Positions 23,166 through 32,702 of a DNA stretch of 64,000 nt are shown here, one piece after another (the stretch's first letter is position 1; every line of letters starts with the position of its first letter). The notes beneath the pieces were generated by a model. The model made no database searches. It was not told the origin of the DNA and worked only from the letters and a program-made list of their open reading frames with translations. The stretch lies in NCBI GenBank assembly GCA_028282405.1, contig JANQIA010000001.1, positions 5,672 through 69,671 on the forward strand, in the 5' to 3' direction. This DNA is from Rhodovibrionaceae bacterium. GTDB lineage: Bacteria > Pseudomonadota > Alphaproteobacteria > Kiloniellales > DSM-21159. Made by a program: the position numbers and the translations under genes.

Positions 23166-24257
23166 ATGACAGCATCCGGTAGACTCGAGCCTGTTCTTTC
23201 GGTTCGCGGTGCCAAGAAGCACTACGGCGACGTTCGCGCGCTAGATGGCATCGATCTGGACATCGGAGACGGCGAGTTCCTGACCCTGCTCGGCCCGTCA
23301 GGGTCGGGAAAGACGACGCTGCTCATGGCCATTGCCGGGTTCACCACCTTGGATGCCGGGGCCTTCAAATTGCGCGGGCAGGACATCACCGACCTGCCGC
23401 CCGACCGACGAAGCTTCGGCATGGTGTTTCAGGGCTATGCCCTGTTCCCGAACATGACGGTCGCGGGCAACATTTCCTTTCCTCTCAAGCTCCGCAAGTG
23501 GTCGAAGGCCGAGATCGAAGCCCGGGTTCGTGAATGCCTGGAGCTTGTCCAGATGGAAAGCTATGCCGACCGCATGCCCAACCAGTTGTCCGGCGGTCAG
23601 CAGCAGCGCGTTGCGCTGGCTCGGGCGCTCTCTTTCAAACCATCCATCCTGCTCTTGGATGAGCCGCTGTCAGCGCTCGACAAGAAGCTGCGCGCAGACT
23701 TGCAGTGGGAGCTGAAGGACCTTCACCGGCAACTGGCGGTCACGTTTATCTACGTGACGCACGATCAGGATGAGGCGCTGTCCATGTCCGATCGGATCGT
23801 GATTCTGGACCATGGCAAGATCCAGCAAATCGGCTTGCCGGACCAGCTCTACAACCGGCCCGATACGCGCTTCGTCGCCGACTTCCTGGGAAAGAGCAAC
23901 TTCCTGAAAGCGACGGTGCACGAGCACCTCGATGGAGCCTTGGCGTGCGAGAGCGGCGGCGAACGCTTCAACGTGGCTGGAGACAAGCCCTCCAGCAACG
24001 GCGCCGACAGCGTGCTGCTGGCGTTGCGTCCGGAACGCATCCGGATTGGCGCTCATGGAACGGAGCGATTTCACGGCGTCGTTCGGCAGACGTCTTACTT
24101 GGGTGAGCGCTGTCACCTGATCGTCGATCACCCCGGATTCGGCGGCATTCTCGTGTCTGCGCCGACGTGGCGGATGAAAGTGCATCCGGAGGCGGGGGGA
24201 GAGGTGTCTTTCGGGTGGGACGACGACGCCTGCGTCGTCCTGGCCGAAGATCAGTGA
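23166..24257 (+). CDS. ABC transporter ATP-binding protein (PotA/spermidine-putrescine-type family)
   Basis: Walker A GPSGSGKTT, signature LSGGQQQRVALARAL, Walker B ILLLDEP, and a C-terminal TOBE-like extension. Confidence 0.9.
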   Translation: MTASGRLEPVLSVRGAKKHYGDVRALDGIDLDIGDGEFLTLLGPSGSGKTTLLMAIAGFTTLDAGAFKLRGQDITDLPPDRRSFGMVFQGYALFPNMTVAGNISFPLKLRKWSKAEIEARVRECLELVQMESYADRMPNQLSGGQQQRVALARALSFKPSILLLDEPLSALDKKLRADLQWELKDLHRQLAVTFIYVTHDQDEALSMSDRIVILDHGKIQQIGLPDQLYNRPDTRFVADFLGKSNFLKATVHEHLDGALACESGGERFNVAGDKPSSNGADSVLLALRPERIRIGAHGTERFHGVVRQTSYLGERCHLIVDHPGFGGILVSAPTWRMKVHPEAGGEVSFGWDDDACVVLAEDQ

Positions 24258-24298
24258 ACAGCGTTGCGTTGAAACCACCTGTGAAAGGGAGAACGACA

Positions 24299-25447
24299 AT
24301 GTCAGGAGATAGCTTCAAGTTCGGGCAAGACGACATCGCGTTTAAGCAGGACCTCGGGGACATCGCGCTCGAGCGTTATAGGGCCGGAAAGATTGATCGC
24401 CGATCTGCGCTGGCCATGCTGGGCGCGCTCGGCCTCGTGCCGCTGTTGGGGGACAAGGCTCTCGCGAATGCCAAGGAGCTGGTGCTGGTCAACTGGGGCG
24501 GCAAGGCGAAGGACGTCCTGCAGGAGATCATGGGCGACACCTATGCGAAGGAGGCCGGCATCAAGGTCGTCGTCGACGGCGCCGGCCCCTCTGCCGGCAA
24601 GATCCGCGCCATGGTGGAAAGCGGCGCGGTCGTCTGGGACGTCTGCGACAGCGGGCCCGGCTCGGCCATCATTCTTGGCGAGCGCGGCATCACGCAGCCG
24701 ATCGACTACAGCATCGTCGACAAGGCGAACATCATTGAACCTTTCACCTGGGAGTTCGGCTGCGCCAACTACTTCTATAGCTACACGCTGTGCTGCAATC
24801 CGACGATGCTGGAGGCCGTGCCGCAGAACTGGGCGGACGTCTGGAACGTGAAGGATTTTCCCGGCAAGCGGACCTTCCGGAAGTCTGTCCGTGGCATGTT
24901 GGAACCGGCTGCCATGGCGATGGGTGCGGCGCCGAGTGAGGTCTACGAGTTTCTCGGCGACGAAGCCGGGATCAAGGCGGCGATCGAGAAGTTCCGAGAG
25001 ATTCGCGAGCACATCATCGTTTGGCCGTCGGGCTCGATGAGCCAGCAGCTCTTCCTGCAAAAGGAAGTGGCGATCGGCTGTATCTGGAGCACCAGGGCGC
25101 ATCTGCTCAAGGACGAGATGCCCGACGGCAGCTTCACGACGACGTTCAACCAAGGCGTCCTGTCGCCTGGCGCCTGGGTGGTGCCGAAGCACAATCCGGC
25201 CGGGACCGAACAGGCCATGAGGTTCATCGCCCACACCGCCGATCCGGAGCTGCAGGTGAAGTGGCTGGAGGCGATGGGCCCCGGGCCGGCCAACCCGGCG
25301 GCCGCCGCTCTGGTTCCCGATGACTTGAAGGCCTGGAATCCTTCGTCTCCCGAGAACCGGGCGACGCAGACCGTCTACAACGACGCCTGGTACGCCAAGA
25401 ACCAGGTCTGGGCGGAAGAACTCTATGTCGATGCCTTGATCAACTAG
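24299..25447 (+). CDS. ABC transporter substrate-binding protein (extracellular solute-binding family 1, PotD/PotF-like)
   Basis: I place the start at ATG 24299 (RBS GGGAGA). Tat-like signal: IDRRSALAMLGALGLVPLLGDKALA. Body contains LVLVNWGGKAKDV. Confidence 0.8.
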   Translation: MSGDSFKFGQDDIAFKQDLGDIALERYRAGKIDRRSALAMLGALGLVPLLGDKALANAKELVLVNWGGKAKDVLQEIMGDTYAKEAGIKVVVDGAGPSAGKIRAMVESGAVVWDVCDSGPGSAIILGERGITQPIDYSIVDKANIIEPFTWEFGCANYFYSYTLCCNPTMLEAVPQNWADVWNVKDFPGKRTFRKSVRGMLEPAAMAMGAAPSEVYEFLGDEAGIKAAIEKFREIREHIIVWPSGSMSQQLFLQKEVAIGCIWSTRAHLLKDEMPDGSFTTTFNQGVLSPGAWVVPKHNPAGTEQAMRFIAHTADPELQVKWLEAMGPGPANPAAAALVPDDLKAWNPSSPENRATQTVYNDAWYAKNQVWAEELYVDALIN

Positions 25448-25482
25448 CCCTAACGGCACTGAGGCATAGGGAACAACTCGGC

Positions 25483-26331
25483 ATGATCGCCAGGTCGCTC
25501 ACGGATAAGGGCCGCTATTGGATTCTCATCCTGCCGGCCCTGGCGATCATGCTGACCTTTTACATCTGGCCGCTGGTCGAGATCTTCGGCATCAGCTTTT
25601 CCGAGCCCAAGCCCGGCTTCGAAAACTACGTCAGCATGTTCGACAGCCGGCCGATCCGGACCAGCTTCGTCATCACGTTCCGGGTTGCCGCGATCACGAC
25701 GATCTGGTGCCTGGTGCTGGGCTACATCGTCTCCTACGCGATCTACAACACGGCGCCGAGGTACGTCGGGCTGATGATCGCGCTGGTCCTCTTGCCGTTC
25801 TGGCTTTCCGTTCTGATCCGCAGCTTTGCATGGATTGTCCTGTTGGGCCGCTCCGGGGTGGTGAATGACAGCCTCGGCGCAGTCGGACTGATCAATGAAC
25901 CTCTACCGCTGATGCACAACGAGTTCGGCGTCATCCTCTCGATGGTCCACGTCATGCTGCCCTTCGCGATTCTGCCGATCATGGCGAACATGAAGGGGAT
26001 CAGTCGGGCCTACGTCGACGCGGCCCGCGGTCTCGGCGCTTCGGAGCTTCGCGCTTTTGTGTCGGTCTACTTCCCCCAGACCCTGCCCGGCGTTCTGTCT
26101 GCAGCGCTTCTCGTGTTCGTTCTCGCGCTCGGCTTCTACATCACGCCCGCTCTGTTGGGCGGCGGTCGCGTGCTGATGATCTCCGAGTACATCACCTATC
26201 AGATCCAGGAGCTTCTGAACTGGGGCGTGGGCACGTCCCTGTCGGTCGCGCTGCTCTTGGCCACCGCGGCGGTCATCCTCGCCGCGGGACGCTTCGTGAA
26301 CCTGCGCCGCACCCTGTTGGAGCGCCGCTGA
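25483..26331 (+). CDS. ABC transporter permease (PotB-like)
   Basis: 282-aa polytopic ORF with an EAA-like loop: AARGLGASELRAFVSVYFPQTLPG. Confidence 0.85.
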   Translation: MIARSLTDKGRYWILILPALAIMLTFYIWPLVEIFGISFSEPKPGFENYVSMFDSRPIRTSFVITFRVAAITTIWCLVLGYIVSYAIYNTAPRYVGLMIALVLLPFWLSVLIRSFAWIVLLGRSGVVNDSLGAVGLINEPLPLMHNEFGVILSMVHVMLPFAILPIMANMKGISRAYVDAARGLGASELRAFVSVYFPQTLPGVLSAALLVFVLALGFYITPALLGGGRVLMISEYITYQIQELLNWGVGTSLSVALLLATAAVILAAGRFVNLRRTLLERR

Positions 26332-27116
26332 TGCGACGGAAAACGACCTTTCAGTTGCTGATGCAGACCGGCGCTTGGATGGTGCTGGCGTTCCTTCTCT
26401 TGCCGATGCTCGTCGTTCTGCCGGTGTCGCTGACGCCGAACGAGTACATCTCCTTGCCGTCGGACGGCTTCTCTCTGAAGCACTACGAAAACTACTTCAC
26501 CGATCCCGAGTGGCTGTCCGCGACCTGGACCAGCATTGTCATCGCCCTGTCGGTCGCGGTTATCGCCACGATCTTGGGCACTGCCTTTGCGATCGGCTGC
26601 TGGCTGCTCTCTGACGTCTGGGCCATGGTGGCGCGTTGGGTGCTTATCGTGCCTATTCTGGTGCCGCCCGTCGTCCAGGCCCTCGGCTTCTACAGATTCT
26701 GGGTCAAGCTCGGGCTGATCGATTCCATGACCGGCGTGATCCTAGCCCACACCTTGCTGGCGCTGCCTTATGTCTCGATTGCGGTTTTCGCGGCCTTGGC
26801 GAACCTGGACCGACGGATCGTCCAGGCGGCGCGAAGCCTCGGCGCATCCGTCTGGCGCACGGTCATCGCGGTCATCGTACCGGCGGCCCGGCCCGGAATG
26901 ATCGCGGGCGCTGTCTTCGCCTTCATCGTCTCCTTCGATGAAATCGTCGGCGTGCTGTTCATCACCGTCAGGAACGTTCAAACCCTGCCGAAGATGATCT
27001 GGCAGGGCATCAATGAGAGCATCGATCCCACAATCGCCGCCGTGGCGACCGTTCTGACGGTCGTGACCATCCTAATCATGGTTGCAGTCACCTGGCGGTG
27101 GAAAGCGCGACCATAG
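26331..27116 (+). CDS. ABC transporter permease (PotC-like)
   Basis: 261-aa polytopic ORF with an EAA-like loop: AARSLGASVWRTVIAVIVPAARPG. ATGA-type overlap with the previous gene. Confidence 0.85.
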   Translation: MRRKTTFQLLMQTGAWMVLAFLLLPMLVVLPVSLTPNEYISLPSDGFSLKHYENYFTDPEWLSATWTSIVIALSVAVIATILGTAFAIGCWLLSDVWAMVARWVLIVPILVPPVVQALGFYRFWVKLGLIDSMTGVILAHTLLALPYVSIAVFAALANLDRRIVQAARSLGASVWRTVIAVIVPAARPGMIAGAVFAFIVSFDEIVGVLFITVRNVQTLPKMIWQGINESIDPTIAAVATVLTVVTILIMVAVTWRWKARP

Positions 27117-28489
27117 TGAAGCGGTACCTGTTCGAGAATGCCCTCTATTTGGGGGTCGACGACAACAAGCTCCCCGTAGTTAGGCGGGGGCATGTCGCCG
27201 TCGAAGCCGACAAGATCGTTGCCATCTCGGAGGACGCGCCGAACGGAAGCCAGTTTGCCGACTTCGAGCGTATCGATGCGTCGGACAAGGTCCTCTCGCC
27301 CGGTCTGATCAACGCGCACAACCATGCGGTCCTCATGGTGCTGCGCGGTACCGTCGAGGACATCGAAGGCAATCTCGTCTACCAGTACATGGTGCCGGCG
27401 AGCTATCTCTTGACCGCCGAGGAACGCGCCGCGATGGCGCAGCTTGCCTGCCTGGAAGCGATACGCTGTGGCACGACGACCATCGTCGATCCTCTGCGAC
27501 ACGTGGGGGACTACGCCCAGGCGATGGCGGACAGCGGGCTGCGGCTCTATCTCTGCGAAAGCGCGGCCGACGCCGTGACCACGAAGGTGAGCCGCGAGGG
27601 CTATCGGTTCGACCGCGACTGGGGAGAGACCTTCCTGACGCGGACTCGCGATCTGATCGAGCGCTACCACGGCGCCGAGGACGGTCGGGTACAAGCCATG
27701 ATCGCCGCGCACGCGCCGGACAACTGTTCGCCCTGGATGCTGAAGGAACTGAACGCGCTGGCGCAGCGTCACGGTCTGCGCCGCACCATTCATCTCAGCC
27801 AGATCGTCTCCGAAGTGCGGCAGGTGGAAGCCCTGCACGGAAAGACCTCGACCGAATACCTGCGGGACAACGACTGGCTTGGCGACGATCTCCTAGCGGT
27901 CCACTGGACGTTCTGCACCGAAGACGACGTCGCGATCCTCGCGGAGCACGACGTCCATTTCATCCATAGTCCGGCCAGTATGTCGGCCAAGGGGCCGCAT
28001 CAATTGCCGATGCGGGCGATCCTGGATGCGGGCATCAACATCGCGCTGGCAACGGACAACATGACCACCGACATCTTCCAGTCGATGAAGATGGCGCTGG
28101 TCCTGCACCGCGGCGCCTATGGTCGTTCGGTCGAACCGAGCCCCCGCAAGGTCTTTCGCTATGCGACGCGGAATGCGGCCAAGGCTTTGGGGCGCGTCGA
28201 TCTGGGATGCATCGCCATCGGAGCCAAAGCAGACCTGGTGCTCTTCGATTTGCATGCACCCGCGCTGGTGCCGCGGGTGTCGCTCGTCTCCAACATCGTC
28301 CACTACGGCCATCCCGGCGTCGTCACTGACGTCATGGTCGACGGCCGCTTCCTGATGCGGGACCGGGAGGTGCTGACCCTGGACGAACGCGCCGTCACCC
28401 GGGCCGCGCAAGACGTCACCGATGCGATGTGGTCCCGCTTCCACGAGCAGGAAAAGGGCGTCGAGATGCCGTATTCCGACGGCCATTGA
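27098..28489 (+). CDS. amidohydrolase-superfamily deaminase/chlorohydrolase-like protein (ATZ/TRZ, SsnA/MTA-SAH deaminase-like)
   Basis: 463 aa. Metal-binding HxH in SPGLINAHNHAV, then IHLSQ, VHWTF..., ATDNM. Last-but-one gene of the ABC operon. Confidence 0.75.
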   Translation: MESATIVKRYLFENALYLGVDDNKLPVVRRGHVAVEADKIVAISEDAPNGSQFADFERIDASDKVLSPGLINAHNHAVLMVLRGTVEDIEGNLVYQYMVPASYLLTAEERAAMAQLACLEAIRCGTTTIVDPLRHVGDYAQAMADSGLRLYLCESAADAVTTKVSREGYRFDRDWGETFLTRTRDLIERYHGAEDGRVQAMIAAHAPDNCSPWMLKELNALAQRHGLRRTIHLSQIVSEVRQVEALHGKTSTEYLRDNDWLGDDLLAVHWTFCTEDDVAILAEHDVHFIHSPASMSAKGPHQLPMRAILDAGINIALATDNMTTDIFQSMKMALVLHRGAYGRSVEPSPRKVFRYATRNAAKALGRVDLGCIAIGAKADLVLFDLHAPALVPRVSLVSNIVHYGHPGVVTDVMVDGRFLMRDREVLTLDERAVTRAAQDVTDAMWSRFHEQEKGVEMPYSDGH

Positions 28490-28530
28490 AGCAACCGAGC
28501 AGCCGCAGAGAGTCCGGCAGGAGAGATTGC

Positions 28531-29289
28531 ATGACCTATTCGATGATTGGGCGCTGCCCGGAAACCGGCGCATTCGGCGGGGTGGTCGGAACCTCCGCTC
28601 TCGGCGTTGGCAATCGCTGCTTGAAGGTCTGCCATGGAAGAGGCGCCTTCCTCAGCCAACACCGAACCGACACCCGCTTGGCGGAGCTTGGCATCGCCTA
28701 TCTGGCGGAGGGTGTGACTGCGCAGGACGCGATGGACAAGGTCGTCAACGGCGCGCGCAACATCGATTGGCGCCAGCTCGCGGCGTTGGACGCAACCGGC
28801 GCCGCCGCCACGTTTCATGGCAAGAAGATGTACTCGATCTACACCGGGACCGAGGGCCAGGACTGCGTGGCCATCGGCAACATCCTGGCCAATCACCAGA
28901 TCACCGATGCGATGGTCGCGGCCTTCGAGGCGGGCCGAGGCGCCGCCTTGGCGGAACGTTTGCTGCAGGGCTTGGAAGCCGGCCGGGAAGCCGGTGGCGA
29001 GATACTGGAACCCCTTCGGTCGGCGGCATTGCTCGTCAGCGGGGAAGATGGCATCGCGCAGTACGACTTGCGTGTCGACAGCAGCCCCGAGGCAGCGGCC
29101 GGGTTGCGCGATCTCTTTACGGAGTATGGCGAGCAGCACGCGCTGATCAGGGCCGTTGCGCTGACCCCGGAGAGTATCCCCGTGTCGCGGACCTTGTTCG
29201 AGGCCTCGATCCAGCGGATCGGCGAGCTCGGCCTCGAGTCCCGCTTTCCCACAGAGAAGAACAGGACCGCCTGGCAACTCCGGGACTAG
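28531..29289 (+). CDS. DUF1028 family protein (Ntn-hydrolase fold, function unknown), paralog 1
   Basis: I place the start at ATG 28531, giving MTYSMIGRCPETGAFGGVVGTSALGVGNRC. The Met-Thr N-terminus, the later ...WRQLAALDATG... and ...ERLLQGLEAGREAGGE... blocks match my memory of the DUF1028 consensus. Confidence 0.75.
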   Translation: MTYSMIGRCPETGAFGGVVGTSALGVGNRCLKVCHGRGAFLSQHRTDTRLAELGIAYLAEGVTAQDAMDKVVNGARNIDWRQLAALDATGAAATFHGKKMYSIYTGTEGQDCVAIGNILANHQITDAMVAAFEAGRGAALAERLLQGLEAGREAGGEILEPLRSAALLVSGEDGIAQYDLRVDSSPEAAAGLRDLFTEYGEQHALIRAVALTPESIPVSRTLFEASIQRIGELGLESRFPTEKNRTAWQLRD

Positions 29290-30182
29290 GACGTTTCGGA
29301 CTCCTCGAAGTAGCCTTGGAAGAAGGTGAGAAAGGTCGAGGCAAGCTGCGAGGTTGGAAAGACCTTCGGTGTCAGCGACGAGATACGGATGGGGAGGGTC
29401 GGCTCCGTTTCCTTGACGACCACGCGCCTGTCGTCGCGGCCGATCATTGCGAAGTTGTCGATCAGTGCCGGGCCGAAGCCGCCGGCGGCCATCTCAAGGG
29501 CCGTTGCCGTGTGGCGCACCTCGCAGGCGTAGCGGCGCTCCAGCCCCTCCTTCGAGAAGACGCGATCGATCAACTGGCCGAGCTGCGTCATCGAGGAGTA
29601 GGAGATCGAGGGGACGCTGTTCAGATCGACGATCCGAACTTTCGACAAGGTGGTGAAGGGATGGTCGAGGGGCACGACGCACACGAAACGTCCTTCTGCG
29701 ATCGGGGTCGCTGAGACGGAGGGGTGACGGGCCGTCGTGATGGAGAAGCCCAACTCGGCCCGGCCGCTGGAGATCAAGTCCGTGATCTCGTCGATGGAGC
29801 CCAGCTCCAGCGACATCCGGAGGCCGGGTCGGTGTTTGGCGAAACTGGCCATCGCTTTCGATAGAACCCCAAGTCCAAGGCTTGGGGAGGCGGCGATGTG
29901 CAGCGTTCCCGCCGAGCCGTCGCGCAACTGATCGACGATCGTGCGAATGCGCTGCTGCTGAAAAAAGAGGTGCTTTGCCTCGTTGGCGATGTGCACGGCT
30001 TCTGGCGTAGGGATGAGCCGGCCGCGATCGCGCTTGAACAGGGTCAGGCCGGTGACGCTCTCCGTGTGGCGGAGCATGTTGCTGATGGCAGGCTGCGAGA
30101 CGTTGAGGAGTTCGGCGGCGCGGGCCGTGGTTCCGACCTCGATGACGGTGCTCAGCACTTCGAGCTGGCGTGCGTTGATCAT
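29286..30182 (-). CDS. LysR family transcriptional regulator
   Basis: N-terminal wHTH: MINARQLEVLSTVIEVGTTARAAELLNVSQPAISNMLRHTE. 298 aa. Divergent from the second DUF1028 gene. Confidence 0.9.
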   Translation of the reverse strand: MINARQLEVLSTVIEVGTTARAAELLNVSQPAISNMLRHTESVTGLTLFKRDRGRLIPTPEAVHIANEAKHLFFQQQRIRTIVDQLRDGSAGTLHIAASPSLGLGVLSKAMASFAKHRPGLRMSLELGSIDEITDLISSGRAELGFSITTARHPSVSATPIAEGRFVCVVPLDHPFTTLSKVRIVDLNSVPSISYSSMTQLGQLIDRVFSKEGLERRYACEVRHTATALEMAAGGFGPALIDNFAMIGRDDRRVVVKETEPTLPIRISSLTPKVFPTSQLASTFLTFFQGYFEESETS

Positions 30183-30183
30183 C

Positions 30184-30221
30184 TAACCTTACCTTATAGA
30201 GTGCGCCTCCTATTTAATTTC
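30184..30221 (+). promoter_or_regulatory. conserved promoter-region motif, copy 2 (candidate LysR operator in the divergent intergenic region)
   Basis: TAACCttaccTTATAGAgtgcgcctcctATTTAATTTC, starting 2 nt beyond the LysR start codon and about 58 nt upstream of the DUF1028-2 start. T-N11-A (TAACCTTACCTTA). See copy 1 at 23035-23072. Confidence 0.55.
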
Positions 30222-30278
30222 AGGTTCTTCGCTTTGTCTCGTAGATATGCTTCCAGGTCGTCACAGGAGGCTGAAATC

Positions 30279-30959
30279 ATGACCTTCGCAATCGCCGGAG
30301 TGTGTGAAGAGACGGGGCAACTTGGCTGCGCGGTGACCACGTCGAGCGTCTGCGTCGGCGCGCGTTGCGGCCAGGTCGGCGCCAATTGCGTCGTGTTCTC
30401 CCAGGCGCGCACCGATCCTAGGCTGCATCGTTTCGGTCTCGAAGCCCATGAACGCAGCGGCGATGCGGCTCTTGCGCTCGAGGCGATGAAGCAGGCCGCC
30501 ACGTCGTTGCATTGGCGGCAGTTGGGCGTTCTCGACCGCGACGGGCGCTCCGTCCACTACACCGGAGAGTCTTGTCTGCCGTCCTGCGGCGGGCTGTCCG
30601 GTACGAACTGCTTGGCGCTTGGCAACTACCTGGCGAACGACGCGGTTCTTCCGGCGATGACGCGGAGCTTCGAAGCCGCGAGCGGACCGCTGGCAGCGCG
30701 GCTGATCGCTGCGCTGGATGCCGGGTTGGAGGCAGGCGGGGAGCGCGATCCGCTGCTGTCCGCGTCGCTCAAGGTCTATGCGGGCATGGCGTTCGCCTAT
30801 GCCGATCTGCGGATCGACAAGAGCGCCGAGCCGCTTTCCGATCTCCGACTCCTCTGGGAAGACTGGGCGCCCAAAGCGGACAGCTATGTCGTCCGCGCGC
30901 TCGATCCGGATGCCGCACCCCCCTCATCGCTCGTCGAAGGACATCAGCCCTCGCGGTGA
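30279..30959 (+). CDS. DUF1028 family protein (Ntn-hydrolase fold, function unknown), paralog 2
   Basis: ATG 30279 after AGGAGG. MTFAIAGVCEETGQLGCAVTTSSVCVGARC..., WRQLGVLDRDG, ARLIAALDAGLEAGGERD. Clearly paralogous to 28531-29289. Confidence 0.75.
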   Translation: MTFAIAGVCEETGQLGCAVTTSSVCVGARCGQVGANCVVFSQARTDPRLHRFGLEAHERSGDAALALEAMKQAATSLHWRQLGVLDRDGRSVHYTGESCLPSCGGLSGTNCLALGNYLANDAVLPAMTRSFEAASGPLAARLIAALDAGLEAGGERDPLLSASLKVYAGMAFAYADLRIDKSAEPLSDLRLLWEDWAPKADSYVVRALDPDAAPPSSLVEGHQPSR

Positions 30960-30988
30960 GCGTTCGGCAGCTTTCTTCCTTTATCGTC

Positions 30989-31015
30989 CGGACGGCCTGG
31001 GCAGCGGGCCGTCCG
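30989..31015 (+). terminator. GC-rich hairpin (9-bp stem, 9-nt loop) without U-tract; possible terminator or attenuator
   Basis: CGGACGGCC-tgggcagcg-GGCCGTCCG, between DUF1028-2 and the MFS gene. Confidence 0.25.
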
Positions 31016-31076
31016 CTCGCCCCTGTTCACTCGTGATGCCTCCGTGCTATTGAGGTCGGGTGGGGAGCTTAGGCGC

Positions 31077-32669
31077 ATGTCATCATCCGACCCGATAGAA
31101 ACGCCGGGGCGTTCCGGCACCCGTGTCGTTCTGGCACTGACGGCGATCTGCATGATGGTCGTTGGTTTCAACACCACGGCCGTCGCGACGATCCTGCCCA
31201 ATCTCAAGGCCGAGTTCGATCTCACGCCTTCCCAGCTTCAATGGGTGATGGCGATCTATACGGTGACCGGCGCCACGCTGGTTTCGATACTCAGCCGCCT
31301 GGGCGACATCTCCGGCAAGATGGGCGTCTTCTTTTTCGGCATGCTGGTGTTCGCACTCGGGTCGGCGTCGGTGCTGTTCTCCGAAAACGCGACCATGCTG
31401 CTGGTCGGGCGCTGCGCCCAGGGCGCCGGCGCGGCGGCCTTGTTCGGGACGTCGCTCTCCTTGCTCACGGCGGCCACACCGGAGGACCAGCGCGCGGGGG
31501 TGGTGGGAATCTGGGGCGCGATCGTGGGCCTGGCGATCAGCGTCGGGCCCATCGTGGGCGGCGCCTTTGCAAACTATCTGAGCTGGCGGGGAGTCTTCGC
31601 CGCGGACCTGGTGCTGCTTGCCATCGCCTTCGTGATCGGCCTGCAGGTGAGCCGGCGAAAGTACGTCCCAGATACGCGCATGCCAGGGGCCAAGTTCGAC
31701 ATAACCGGGGCCATCGCGCTGTTGCTGCTTCTGGGCCCGCTGTCCTTTGCTTTGAGCAACAGCGAGAGCCACGGCTGGGCGAATGCGCGAACGCTCATTC
31801 CGCTGGTCGTGGCCGTCTTTGCGGCGGTCGCATTGTTTTTGACCGCGCGAAGAAACGACGACCCCTTGGTCGAGATGCGCTACTTCCGGCATCCCCGTTA
31901 CGTCATGGCGGCCGCGGGCATGTTCATCACCGGGTTCACGCTCTTTTGCTTCTTCGTCTTCTTCAACGTCTTCGTCCAATCGCCCGATGCCTTCGGATAC
32001 AACGCGATCCATGCGGGGCTCGCGATTCTGCCGACGAGCGTCAGCATGTTCATTGTCTCGGTCGTGGCGCCCCGTGTGCTGGCGCCCTACAGCTTTCACT
32101 GGCCGCTTGTTTTTGCCATGGCGGCCATGACCGTCGGCTTCTTTCTGCTCTCCACGACCAGCAACACAGCGAGCTACTCCGATATCTGGTGGAAGCTGGT
32201 CATCGTCGGGGTCGGGATCGGGCTGTGCTTCTCCCTCCTCCCACGGCTCGGCCTGCGACTCTTGCCCGATGAGCATGCCGGCCAGGGCTCCGGCGTGATC
32301 AACACATGCCTCTACTTCGGCGCAACCTTGGGTGCCGTGGTCGGCGGTGTCGCAGAGGCCGTTACGACGCGATCAGGGCTGTCCGAAGTCATCGCCGCGC
32401 TCCCGACAGGCTCGACGCAACGTGCCGATCTGGCGCACGCCCTGGCCCACGGGTCGCCCAGCAGAGTGCAGGAGCTGCTCGCCGAGCTGGAGCCGCCGGC
32501 CGGCGAAGCGCTCGCCAGGGCTCTGCGCGATCTCCAGGACAATGCCTTCGACAGTGCCATGCTGGTCGCCGCCGTTGGCGCCACCGTTGGATTGCTCATT
32601 GCGCTCTGGCTGCTCAGAGGCGCCGTGCCGCCCGTCCATGACGCCACGAAGTTCACGCAAAAGCGCTAG
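31077..32669 (+). CDS. MFS transporter (DHA2/EmrB-like, about 14 TMS)
   Basis: I place the start at ATG 31077. Many hydrophobic segments. MFS motifs: LSRLGDISGKMGVFFFG and CAQGAGAAALF. Confidence 0.8.
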   Translation: MSSSDPIETPGRSGTRVVLALTAICMMVVGFNTTAVATILPNLKAEFDLTPSQLQWVMAIYTVTGATLVSILSRLGDISGKMGVFFFGMLVFALGSASVLFSENATMLLVGRCAQGAGAAALFGTSLSLLTAATPEDQRAGVVGIWGAIVGLAISVGPIVGGAFANYLSWRGVFAADLVLLAIAFVIGLQVSRRKYVPDTRMPGAKFDITGAIALLLLLGPLSFALSNSESHGWANARTLIPLVVAVFAAVALFLTARRNDDPLVEMRYFRHPRYVMAAAGMFITGFTLFCFFVFFNVFVQSPDAFGYNAIHAGLAILPTSVSMFIVSVVAPRVLAPYSFHWPLVFAMAAMTVGFFLLSTTSNTASYSDIWWKLVIVGVGIGLCFSLLPRLGLRLLPDEHAGQGSGVINTCLYFGATLGAVVGGVAEAVTTRSGLSEVIAALPTGSTQRADLAHALAHGSPSRVQELLAELEPPAGEALARALRDLQDNAFDSAMLVAAVGATVGLLIALWLLRGAVPPVHDATKFTQKR

Positions 32670-32702
32670 TGGCGCTTCCCATCAGGCACATCGACGCCGC
32701 TG

